This document shows positions 11,294 through 24,164 of a stretch of 64,000 bases of DNA, piece after piece. Source of the DNA: Octopus sinensis (taxonomy: Eukaryota); assembly GCF_006345805.1 (NCBI RefSeq), contig NC_043001.1, forward strand, positions 67,518,001 through 67,582,000, in the 5' to 3' direction. The translations under genes were made by a program, and so were the position numbers. The notes beneath the pieces were generated by a model, which did not search any database, was not told the DNA's origin, and saw nothing but the letters and a program-made list of their open reading frames with translations. The first letter of the stretch is position 1, and the number at the start of each line of letters is the position of its first letter.

Positions 11294-13123
11294 ACCCAAA
11301 CACAGATGCACGCATGCATGTATGTATATGTATACAACTCTCCACACTAAAAAATACATATACTTACAGTCATACACATACAAGCATAAACATATATACA
11401 CATACATTCACACAAATTCAAAGACTTCAACCAAACCTCTATGAAAAATAATTGAACTTTTCATCTTTGTTTAATCATGTATCTTTGACAGAAATTCCTG
11501 TGGCCAAAATACTGTGCACACATTTAGCCTTTTGCTTTTATCATTTTTGTTTTATTTTTTGCTTTCTTTAATACACACACACATACACACACACACATAT
11601 ACACACATACACACACACACACATACACATACACACACACATAAAATATACTTCAATTGAAATAAAGTTTCCCCAAAATTAAGCATACAAAGTATATTTA
11701 TAGCAACTCACACACACAAATATACGCATACATATATACATACAATTTATCATACACTTGAACAGCCACATACTTGTGTGTGTGTGAGAGTATCACATAC
11801 ACACAAATATTTTACCCAAACATGCTCATAAACACTCCTAAACATTCACATGCATACATATACAATTGACCCTTACACTAAAAATACAAGCAAGGCTGAC
11901 CCAAGGAGTTTGGATGAATGGGTTTATCTTTTGGTATCTTGTGTCACTAAAGTGTAGAAAGTATATTTTTTTTAAGGAGCATTTTTATGTAGATTTTTTT
12001 TTAAACTTCAAGGAGACCACCTTCATGAAATGTCACTGTATAGGATGTGGCCTCTTTGAGCGCGAGGCCCTCTTGGGTGCAGGGCCTGATTAGGAGCAAT
12101 CGGTCCAATTGGCTTAAAGCTGGAACTGCACACATATGCACATGCACACTGAGACTGTGTCAGCTATTTGAGAACAAGACTTTTAAGAACTATAAGTAGC
12201 CTAAACTTTAAATATCTTCTCTCATTTCAGCCCCATCATAGAAGCTTTGAATCTAATGCAAATGATGAAAAGGTCTGCCATTTCTTGTCACCTTAGCAGC
12301 CAGCCACAGTAATTTTAAGATTGCAACCTTCTTAAAGGTCACCAGGTCCTTCATGTTTAAGATTAGAAAAGAGTTTCTGGCCTCTGGCAGGAATGGGTCT
12401 TCCATGGCCATTTTGTCCATAATTTGTTCAGCAAATCCAGGACATCATCAACAAGAATCCTGGTCATTGTTGTTAAACAGTGTCTGTCCAATGTAGCATG
12501 GAAACAACTTAATGAAATGACTGAATCCATATTCTAATGGGGGTCATCTCAACTCAATGCTTAGGATGATGTAAATCTTTGTAAACACCAGATCTTCGAG
12601 ATATAGCAGCCAAATGTGAATAAAATTTTTGAAAAAGAAGAACCAAGAAAGGATAATGAATTGAATTTGATATTGTTCATAGAAATTTAGTATTTTTGAA
12701 GAACTGACAATATATTCAGACCATTATTACATTCCTTCTCGGGCGGAGGGCTGCCAGAATCATTAGTGCATTAGACAAAATGCTTACTGCCATTTCTTCC
12801 AACTCTTTATGTTCAGAGTTGAAGTTCCACTGAGGTCAACTTTGCCTTTTATCCTTTTGGGGGTCAATAAAATAAGTACTGGTTGAGCACTGGAGTTGAT
12901 GTAATCAACTAACTCCCAACCTGTTAAATTCCAGGCCTTGTACCTATACTGGAAAGGATTATTGCATTCCTGCTATTTTTTTTATCTCCCTCTTTACATT
13001 TGTCTTACTGTGATAATTCTTATATCTTGTATCATATAGCACTTGAATCTTGAGACATAAGCTAGAAATAGCAGCCAAATCTTACTCAAATCATATGCAC
13101 GCATGCACACACACTCACACACA

Positions 13124-13159
<36 letters not shown>

Positions 13160-13162
13160 ACA

Positions 13163-13203
<41 letters not shown>

Positions 13204-13641
13204 CCTTGGAATAGGACACTGGAATTGTATTCTGAAGCATACTATTAGTTAAAAGATTTGACATGACATCCATGACTGGAACTCCTTTGTCTTTGATCAT
13301 AGAGCTGTTCAATCAGTGTCAATTACAGTCTAAACAGTGAAGAAAACAAATATTCACCTGGACATTCCAATAGTCTTTCACAAATAGAACCAGAAATATC
13401 AGCTCATTTTTAACATAACACAAACTCTGCATACATACAACTGTCTCTCTCAGGATGTGTGTGTGTGTTTATCATTGCATCATACATGGCTAACTATGCT
13501 CAATGAGGATTAAAGAAAACTTTGACAAAGAAAGACTTGAAAACTATATATTTGTTGAGTTGTAACTGAATTCACACCAGTTATACAACAAATGAATGAT
13601 TTTTACCAGGTATACACCTCAGTGTGTATAAAAAGATATAG

Positions 13642-13684
<43 letters not shown>

Positions 13685-14607
13685 TATATAAAATATCTTG
13701 TGTGTGTGTGTATGTCTTTATGTATGTACAAACAACATATGCAAATATCATTCATCTATTCAAATAAAGTTATCAAATTACAAGACATACATTTTCTATA
13801 AGTTGCTCCATAAAACTTCGTCCTTTGCCAGAGAATAGTTTTGCCAAATGAAACTGACAACATTTTCCACTTCACTGCTAATTCCAGGGACATTTTATAC
13901 ACACTTAAACCCTTCTACCATAAGAGAATCTCCTAAACTGCTTTGTGTCTATTCTCTTTGAAAAGTTGTTAGCTAACGTTTCATTGTTCTCAAATGCCTC
14001 CACTTTTGCAAGATCCTTCAATGTACAATGGCTGATATCTTCCTCTCATCTGTTGATGTTATATCAGTGTGTAGTTTTTCTGGTGGGTTTTTAAGAGTTG
14101 ATGTTTCTAAACATTTTGTGAGAAGTTCAATGAACAATGTGAAATAGATGGGACAGCATGCAAAGATGGTGTTGCAATGTGATGTATAAAAGAACAAATA
14201 GAAAATTGTTTCATTGCTTCTATTATATTGATGACAAAAGTAAATTTTGATTGTAAATAAATTAGGTAAGTGTTCTCTATTGATCAATCTATCATTAAGA
14301 ACAGCGACAACACCTTTTTCAATCATACTAAAATACCATCACATCAATCGTCTAGGAACAATAATTTCCTTAGTATTACCCTCATTAACAAGAGCTATTG
14401 ATTCATGCAGTAATTTCAAAAGCAGCATCAATATTGGCTGGGATGAAGATAATAGACAGTAAATAAAGTGGAAGATAACTGGTGATAACAACAACCACAA
14501 CTAAATACCATTAGCAGTTACACCATTTATCACAAAACAATGAGGGAACCTCAATATGGTCACCTTTCGTGGCTTGCTAGAAATAATAACCTAGTCTACT
14601 TTCAGCT

Positions 14608-15027
14608 CTCTCTTTACTCTGTACTCTTTTATTGTTTCAGTCATTTGACTGCGGCCATGCTGGAGCACCGCCTTTAGTCGAGCAAATCGACCCCGGGACT
14701 TATTCTTTGTAAGCCCAGTACTTATTCTATCGGTCTCTTTTGCCGAACCGCTAAGTGACGGGGACGTAAACACACCAGCATCGGTTGTCAAGCAATGCTA
14801 GGGGGACAAACACAGACACACAAACACATACACACACACATACATATATATATACATATATACGACAGGCTTCTTTCAGTTTCCGTCTACCAAATCCACT
14901 CACAAGGCATTGGTCGGCCCGGGGCTATAGCAGAAGACACTTGCCCAAGATGCCACGCAGTGGGAGTGAACCCGGAACCATGTGGTTGGTTAGCAAGCTA
15001 CTTACCACACAGCCACTCCTGCGCCTA
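14608..15027 (-). mobile_element. tRNA-derived SINE, near full length, young
   Basis: The reverse complement of the 10544 family, with CpGs retained. Confidence 0.8.
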
Positions 15028-17151
15028 CTCACATTTTATTAAAAGTAAGGACACATTGCACAGTATAGTCTTACAATCAGGATATCTGAAATAAAGGATG
15101 GGACAGGATGGTCATGAGTGGAATATGTTCACATATAGGGTTGCTGAACCAGAGCTGATTCAGGATTAAACATCAACAATGTCTATTAGAATGAGTTAAC
15201 AATGGGCATCTATGTGGTCACTCAATCTGCTAGAAACAGCAGTCAAATAGCTTTCAGATAACATCCGTCCCTTTCTACCATTGCATAATGGTATATACCT
15301 CTAAGAAGACGATTTTGTCATGGCTGGAACGTCTTTGATCAAAAATCTGTTTGGAATGAGACTATATAGAATATTTCAGAACAATGACACTATTATTACA
15401 AGGAGCTTATTGTAGTTTACAAAGTCAGATGACAAAATGAATACAAAAATGACATAAACACTTCAATTACACACTACAACAACAAAGAATGAACATGTAA
15501 TGTGTAAAGGAGGAAAATGTGTGGGTTGCTTTTCAACTCATTTTTGTTTATTTTTATATGTTACGTTCTAGTTCCTGCTATCAATACAATACATTAGACT
15601 TCACTAAATGGAATTCTGATAAAAGTATCCTCACTTCAGTTTACTTCGATTTATTGATTAAAATCAAATGTTACTAAATTTCAAATTTGCAACATTTTAA
15701 TTGAGGAGGTGGGGATTTGATCCAAGAAATGTTTCTACCCTCAAGTTATATTTTCAGAAATAGAGTTCATCACCATTTCAAAAAATGTTACTGGTACCAA
15801 TTGATTAAAGTCCTTTGATATGATTAATATTTAGTCTAGATACATTCTGATTCATCATATACATGATGAAAGGCGAGACGTAATGACCATCCAGTCTTTT
15901 GTTATAGCAGGGATATATATAGGATGATATATCCCTCCAGGTTTTTTAGACAGTAGGGTGCAACATACTGGTTATTTGGTAGCCATTTCTTGATGGTCAA
16001 ATGGCTGTTTAGTAGCCTTCATTTGTTGACTGAAAACAGATTTAAAAGGGTGATGGTAACTTGGGATAACAGTTCACAAGAATAGTAATTGTGTGAAGCA
16101 TATGAAATCTAAATTGAGAATCTTTGATCCTTGCTTTGAGTCCATAACTCCTGAATGAAAAAGATGAAGAGGTTGTCACAGTACTGTCGTTTCCTGACAC
16201 TGAAAGAATGAATAGCAAAGTTGATCTCAGCTGGAACCATAAGTACTGCAATCAGTTCTATCTGCTACTGTATTGATCCTGCCAATTCACCAATTCTGTC
16301 TGTGATGGTGCAGAAGAGAAGCAGCTACATCAAATGGACGGTGTAGGGAGACATATCAGATATACAAGATTTGGAAGATACTTCCTTGTTGTTGTTGTTT
16401 AACTAGTTCACTCTTGATTCAGCAAACCCATGGTCAAAGGTGTTTCAGCCAAGATCATCCTCTTTTTTTAGGCATAGTTTATTAAGGATTACAACATCAA
16501 ATGAGTCTTTCTTTATAAGACAGGAGGTTGCGATTTGAAGGAAATTTGGCTGTTGTTTCTGACAGGTTGAGCAACCACATAGAGGCTTCATTTTTGTTTA
16601 ACTTCAAGTCAGTTCTGGTTGAGGAGATATGATGAAATCTGTCCAGCTATGATTATAATGTCTCTATGTATTTCTAAGACATTGTCTAATGTAACTTTTT
16701 ATTTTTAATATGTTATTGTATAATGTGACAGGATTTAGCTGCTATTTCCAGTAGACTGAGTGATCACATTGTGGTTTCATTTCCTGTTTAGTATAATTGC
16801 TGACACAAAGTGAAGAAATAAAAATCCAATTTTTTGAGATAGAGCCATTTCAAAGTTATCCATTTTGAGAAATAATATTTTAAATTGTATTAATCTACAT
16901 TTTATTATTTATTTCTTTACGTCTTAATAAATTTTTGTTAGTAATAATAATCCTTTTAGGCATGAAGCCTGAAATTAGTCAATTACATTGACACCAGTAC
17001 TCGACTGAAAAAGTTTCATAGACCCCAAAAGAACAAAAGGCAAAGTCGAGCATGGCAGAATTTGAACAGAGTACATAAAGACAGATGAACTGCTACTAAG
17101 CAAGCATTTTGTCTGTTTTGCTAACGATTCTGCCAGCTTGCTACCTTGTTG

Positions 17152-17217
<66 letters not shown>

Positions 17218-17707
17218 TGGTATAAAAGATGGGCTACAGCAAATATTCTGCTCAATACCACAGATTTGCTTGTCAGTTGTTTGACCTTAACCAGTTGAGC
17301 ATGTCCCTTAGTGGCTGACGATATGTGCATCTCTGATCACGAGCAGAAGTAGTGGGGGAGCATCATAGCCATGTGTTGAGAGGGATTCTTTGGGGTTTGA
17401 ATAATTCACCTCTGGAAACATGGGTGGTTCTTTCAACATCCTTAAACAACCCTTATTCAGGGACCTTTTGAGCGGGATGGGCTACTCAACCTGAAGAAAA
17501 TTCTAACTGGGCCCCACCTGCAAGGTCATGTGCTGTTTATCTTGATATGAGATCACCATGTCGCGCACATATGGTTGTGATGCATGTGCCTAGTGTACCT
17601 TTATCAGACGGGTAGTCATGATGGGTATATTGGGCTTCGTATATTTTACCCCAATGTCACTTTGATTATAATAAAAATAATAATAATAAAAATAATAAAA
17701 ATAATAA

Positions 17708-17738
<31 letters not shown>

Positions 17739-18288
17739 ATAATAATAATAATATAATAATAATAATAAATAATAATAATAATAAAAATAATAATAATATG
17801 GTATAAAAGATGGGCTACAGCAAATATTCTGCTCAATACCACAGATTTGCTTGTCAGTTGTTTGACCTTAACCAGTTGAGCATGTCCCTTAGTGGCTGAC
17901 GATATGTGCATCTCTGATCACGAGCAGAAGTAGTGGGGGAGCATCATAGCCATGTGTTGAGAGGGATTCTTTGGGGTTTGAATAATTCACCTCTGGAAAC
18001 ATGGGTGGTTCTTTCAACATCCTTAAACAACCCTTATTCAGGGACCTTTTGAGCGGGATGGGCTACTCAACCTGAAGAAAATTCTAACTGGGCCCCACCT
18101 GCAAGGTCATGTGCTGTTTATCTTGATATGAGATCACCATGTCGCGCACATATGGTTGTGATGCATGTGCCTAGTGTACCTTTATCAGACGGGTAGTCAT
18201 GATGGGTATATTGGGCTTCGTATATTTTACCCCAATGTCACTTTGATTATAATAAAAATAATAATAATAAAAATAATAAAAATAATAA

Positions 18289-18371
<83 letters not shown>
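17152..18371 (-). repeat. Tandem duplication of a 451-bp retroelement 3' fragment embedded in (TAA)n
   Basis: 17217-17667 and 17798-18248 appear identical (period 581) and are flanked and separated by (TAA)n tracts. An older partial copy lies on the opposite strand at ~45685-45850. Confidence 0.8.
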
Positions 18372-20446
18372 TGGTGATGATGATTTCTTTTAATTGCCAC
18401 CAGGGTGATAAATGAGGGAAATGATGCAAGCATATAGACATAAAGAGTTGGGATGGACACAGAACTGAATGATTTTCCAAAACTTGAAATACAAGTATAC
18501 ATAGAGAACAAATATGATGATGATAATGCAGTTCTAATAGTGGAAGACCTCTGTTTAGAGCTAATTTTGGAACCCCACAAATCCAAGATCACACTGAATA
18601 CCACAGCAAGTGCTCTCCTCAGCAGTCATTCTCTGATCTACAAGTGTGCTTAGAACACTTCCATCAACTCTTACCATTTTTTGCCACTCTCATCCACCTT
18701 TCAAAAACCTAGTGGACAGCATTTCTCTCTACACTTACAACAACTCAACCAAACAGGAACATGTTTGTCCTCAGATCTTTTAACCTCATCTACCACACAA
18801 CCTATTTTGCAATGGTCACTAGACAGAGGAAGATTGCTTTCCCTGTTAAAGGAGGGCAGTGGAGCAATCACTATGATGGACTTGGCTGAAAGCTGGATTT
18901 GTCAGTAGCTTTTTAATGTAACTCCACACATTGGCAATGTCTGGACACTGAAAGAATGCATGCAAAACGGTTTCATCACTGTGTGTGTATTTTGTGCAGG
19001 TTCATATGACTGCACTTCGATGCCTGTAGAGATTATCTCAAACTGGTAGTGCCCACCATCCTACCAGTAGTTCTGCTAAGCCAGGATTTCTGAAAGTTAT
19101 CTATTGGAGTCTCCATCTTGAAAGTTCTGTGAAACCAAATGACAAGTTTGTTCTCATTGACATTCAGAGTCTCCTAGAGAACATTATCACTCTTCTTTTT
19201 CACTAACCCTCTGTAAAATATTAGAGTGGAACTTCTACTGACTCTATTGCCTGACTGATGGAGAGCAATGTGTATCTCACAACACTCTAAGTGCCAGGCA
19301 CCTAGTCTTGGTCTTTGCTTTACACAGAACTGCAGCTCAGTCAAGGAGATGAGCTGTAGAAATATGTGCCTTGCGAATGGCAACTACATCAGTTCACCAT
19401 CCAAGAAATACACCTTCATAACAAGAATATTTAGGAATTGAACCGGGATAATCATTTCTGATGAAACACAAAAGTATAACTCAAACATACAATTGTGATT
19501 TGCTAGAATATTACCAATGTCATCAAAAAAATCTGACCATTCAAAACTTCATATGGAACTAGATGTAACAATTTCATCTTTGGTGTGCTTTTTCTGAACA
19601 AGACCACCATTACATATTCTGTACGTTTTAGCCACTACGGACAGACAGTGGATGGCAGACATCAGCCTGGACACAGAAGCCAACAATCGGGAGAAATTAG
19701 CAGAACCAGCAGCTTGCCAGAGTGCTGTCACAAATCCAAAACAATGAATGAATGGAGTAACACTTAATGATCAGCTAACACCAAGGAACCCACTACAGTG
19801 ACTACTATCATACCTAGCAAAAGAACAATAATCTTCAAACTATCTCAGTGTTTATCGTTTGTAGTTACAACGTTTTTTTTATGATAAAAATAAATATTTC
19901 TATCAAAAATCTCAAACATCTATGTTCCTTATCATAACACCTTAAGAGCATGTTTTTTTATTTCAATTAGTCATTTTATTTTCAAAGAAATTCACTGCAC
20001 TAATCTACATTAAGAATTTGTTCAACAAACAACCAAATAATAATGAAATATTCAAATATATGAATATAATTTATAACTTGGCCTTTTCCAGTTCTTTTTT
20101 TTTTTTTTTGCTCCTGTTTATTAAAATATTTTCTGTTTTAGAGTACTCAATTCGTCAATAATGACAGCGGGTGTTTTACTAGACTCTGTGATAATTACAT
20201 TTTTGAGCTATTGTTGAAAAATGTACATAAGAGTTGCTATCAGGAGTATGAAGATGTAAATAAAAATGCTAAAATGAAAAAAAAAAAGAAACCTATATTT
20301 ACCACTTCTCAAATATTATACAGGCTTGATTACTTTTAACGTGTACAATATATTGTAGTCAATGATTCACTCATTATCCTACATTGTTATTTTCCACAAT
20401 AAATGTTCACCTCACATCACAAATGTTATTCATGTATATATATCCA

Positions 20447-20492
<46 letters not shown>

Positions 20493-21504
20493 GTGAGAGC
20501 AGGTTGCATACATTATCTTAAGGTTTTCAAGGGAGAGCAGGTTTAGTTTATGCAAAAGTTGCACATTTACAACATATTTGACAAAACCTACAAATAAGCA
20601 TTATTCATATTCAGTGCAAAAGTTACTGAAGAAGTATATTTCTTGTATAGATATAAGGAGGCACCAACATACCTTGTTTCTGGCTTCTTTTTTTTTTTTT
20701 TGTTTTTTTTTTTGCTTAATTCAAGAAATACATGCATGCAGTGTAATAAGTAAATAGGCTAAAGTTGAATACATAATATCATTCAGAAAATTTTAAGTAT
20801 AAAAGGTAATAGAAGAATGCATGAGGTAGAATAATTAATTATGCAATAAGTGTTTATACACATAACATAATATATTATCTATATTGGTTATATTTACCAA
20901 TGAGAAAAAGGAGAAAATTAATTTGATTATTAGAATTTATGAACATAAAAGAATTACTTGAGCATTATCAGACAAAAAAAAACAGCAGATTGAACTTTTG
21001 AATGCAAAAAATAAAACAGAATGATTCCAGCCCATGTTGAATAATTTAGAGTTCATCTAGAATGGTTGGAAAGTAAATAATATTGGCAAACAAATTCAAC
21101 AGCTTCAAAAGGTTAAGTGTTACAAAAGGTATATATACAAATACTCACAGCGTATTATCAACATTGATTTATGTAAATCAGTGAATAAGCAAATCATCTT
21201 TACAGCGTCTTGGCTGGGAGTTTCATTATGTCACTTATATTTTGAGTTCAAATCCTGCCATAGTCAACTTTCTCTGTCCTCCTTCAGTAATAAGAAAAAA
21301 TTCCAGTCATGTTGATATAATTGATTTTCTTAAAAAATATACGAGTTTGTATCATTGTTATAAATGAATATTCTTTGTGTTTCTCCTCCTTACCACTCCA
21401 ATTGTTTCCTTACCTATAAAGGCAGTCTAGAATCATTACTTCAATAAACTATGAAGGGTTAATGTGCAGTTTAAGGCTTTTAAAAACATCCAAGTAAATT
21501 AACT

Positions 21505-22030
21505 GAAAGGAATGGCAGGGACATCCATATAGACAAGTGCATTATGAGTTTTTCCCAGTGGAATATAAGTGAAAAAAGTTTTTTAACTTCCAACAGGTGA
21601 GCATCCAACCAACATACAATTGTCCATGAGAGAGGCAAGACTCCTTTAACTGCAAACTAGTTACTGATAATGTCTGTCCTCGCAATTTGTTGATGGACAT
21701 TGCAAAACTTAGTCTTATTGGAAACTGTACTCTTTTAAATTGTACTGGTAAATCAGTAGCTATTAATGGAATTCTAGTAATGGCTACATTATTGCCTGCT
21801 CCACATCCATAGAGTACAGAAGCTCTATAACATGTGGCATCATTTTCTTCACAATAAATCTTACTCCATTCCAGAATTTTCGAATATCTAAATTTCTTGG
21901 AAGAATTGTAGGTGCTCTAAGTTTCAAGTCAAACTTGTTTGGAGGTAAACATGGTGGTTCCTGTAAATTAAAAAATTTAACTGGATAATTCATTATTTCT
22001 GATTGGTCAACAATGGTATCAATAGAGCTA
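21505..22030 (-). pseudogene. Degenerate Helitron Pif1 helicase C-terminal fragment
   Basis: Minus-strand translation DTIVDQSEIMNYPVKF..PPCLPPNKFDLK..TILPRNLD..NG..VIE followed by FKRVQFPIRLSFAMSINK..GQT..SHGQLYV, with several lesions. Confidence 0.8.
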
Positions 22031-22071
22031 TATGATTAACAATTTCTTGTATATATATATATATATATATA

Positions 22072-24030
22072 CTAGCTGAAGGTGACCCGCTCTACGCACG
22101 GGTATGAGTGTGGTTGTTACTTTCTGTTGCTTCCTTTCAGCACATAAAAAGCACCATCCGAATGTGGCGGATTGCAGCGCCGCCTTGACTGGCTTCTGTG
22201 CTGGTGGCACGTAAAAAGCACTAACCAATCGTGGCCGCTGCCAGCCCCCTGGCACCTGTGCCGGCGGCACGAGAAAAGCACCCACTATGCTCACAGAGTG
22301 GTTGGCGTTAGGAAGAGCATCCACCTGTAGAAACACTGCCAGATCAGACTGGAGCCTGGTGCATCCTTCTGGCTTCCCAGACCCCGGTCAAACTGTCCAA
22401 CCCGTGCTAGCACGGAAAACGGACGATAAACGATGATGATGATGATGATTCTCCCTCTTTGTTTTTCTCTCCTTTCTCTCTCACTTTCCCACTCTCTTAC
22501 TCTTCCTTTCTCTCGGACTCGCCCTCGCTTTCTCTTACTCTCTATCTTTATGTATCTCTCTCCCATTTATAAACAACAAAAAATCTTGAGTAAGTTGAGA
22601 AATAAAATATTTAGAAAGATCAATCATAAATATCAGGCAGTAACAACGGAAAGGTCTGCTTCAAGGCAGACAGCAAAACACTAACATTTAAAAGGGACAG
22701 ACGAACTTGCGAGCTGAATAAAAATAATAAAATATTGGAAACCAAAGTTTGAAGGGATAGAATCTGAGGATAGTAGAGTCACCATGGCTGGCATTTCTTA
22801 ACAACGGACAGCAACGTATTGACAGTTTAACGGCTGGTGTAAAATTTTGAACTTGATGTAAAAGAAAATTGGTAAACACCAATTTTTGAAGTGATTCTTT
22901 CTCACGACAGTAGAATCACGATGGCAAGCATTCAAAACTTCTTCATCATGGACGGCAACACATTGACAATTAAAAGGCTGGTGCAAATTGCTAAACACCC
23001 GCTCTTTTAAATTTTAATCCCCTTCCAGCCCCATTTAGACCATTTTTCACATTTTGGTTAATATAACCCAATTTCATTCGGGTCTACTGGGGCCACATTT
23101 TATAAGATGAGGAATTTTGTCCTAGAGGTCACGCGTTTCATTTGAGGAGGAAAAATAGTTGTCATGCAAACTTGACAGCACTTTTAACATAGATCTGCAT
23201 ATTTTCAGCTCAAGCTACCACATAATGCACACATTATATATATACATATATATATATATGTATATATGTGTGTGTGTGTGTATGTGTTGGAGTGTGTCTC
23301 ATATGTGAGCGTTGACGCTGAATTCGACTGGTAAGCAGGTAACGTTGTCTTTGTTGAAATAGTTGTGAGGTGCTGGAGTTATTTGTCTGATGGGTAATAG
23401 GAATTTCCATATCCTCCGAGGAAACGAACTGTTGACCCAGACAATTAGAATTAATTTTAATAAAAGCATCAATTTAAGAAAAAATAATAAAGTAGTAAAA
23501 AATGAAAATTTAGCACGAAAAATTTGCAGGGTTCTAAATAAATGTTAAAATGTAATAGATACGAAAAACCTACGTTATCACCAGAACACGAACGTTCGTT
23601 GGTGTGTTCTATTTGTATTTGCTCGATCGGCGCGTTGACAGGCAGACAATAGAATTCATAATATTTGTTGTCATGATTGTGTGTTGGTAGTGGCGATGGT
23701 AATTCACTCTATGAATGCAGGCAGATACATAAAAGAACGCCGTTGTGATGGGAAGGTAGGAAATAGAGTGAGTGAAAAAGTGCTGGGAAGAGAGGGAATA
23801 GCGAGAGTGAGTTGAGGAAGACAGATACATTAAAGAACGAGAGTGGACTTGTCAAAGTGGGTTTTTGGCCCTAGCAACGACACCATTTAAGATATGGATT
23901 TCTAAGGTAGCCCACGGGCATCGTCACCTCATTTTACATGTCCCTGTACATTTTGGAGTGAATTGGACGGGATGTAGTGGCCTTGAAAGCGATCCAAGCG
24001 GTAAAAACGCATTTCAGTTTTATATATAGA
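22072..24030 (-). mobile_element. Helitron unit 1 (non-autonomous, ~1.96 kb)
   Basis: Minus-strand 5' TCTATATATAAAACTG at 24030. The 3' end has hairpin ACCCGTGCGTAGAGCGGGT followed by CACCTTCAGCTAG|T at 22072. Confidence 0.85.
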
Positions 24031-24093
24031 CTAGCTGAAGGTGACCCGCTCTACGCGCGGGTAAGAGTGTGGTATATATATATAAATGTATAC

Positions 24094-24164
<71 letters not shown>

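Noticed and set aside
13200-13350. Minus-strand exon candidate with good splice signals
   Set aside because: There are stops in all three frames just after the acceptor.
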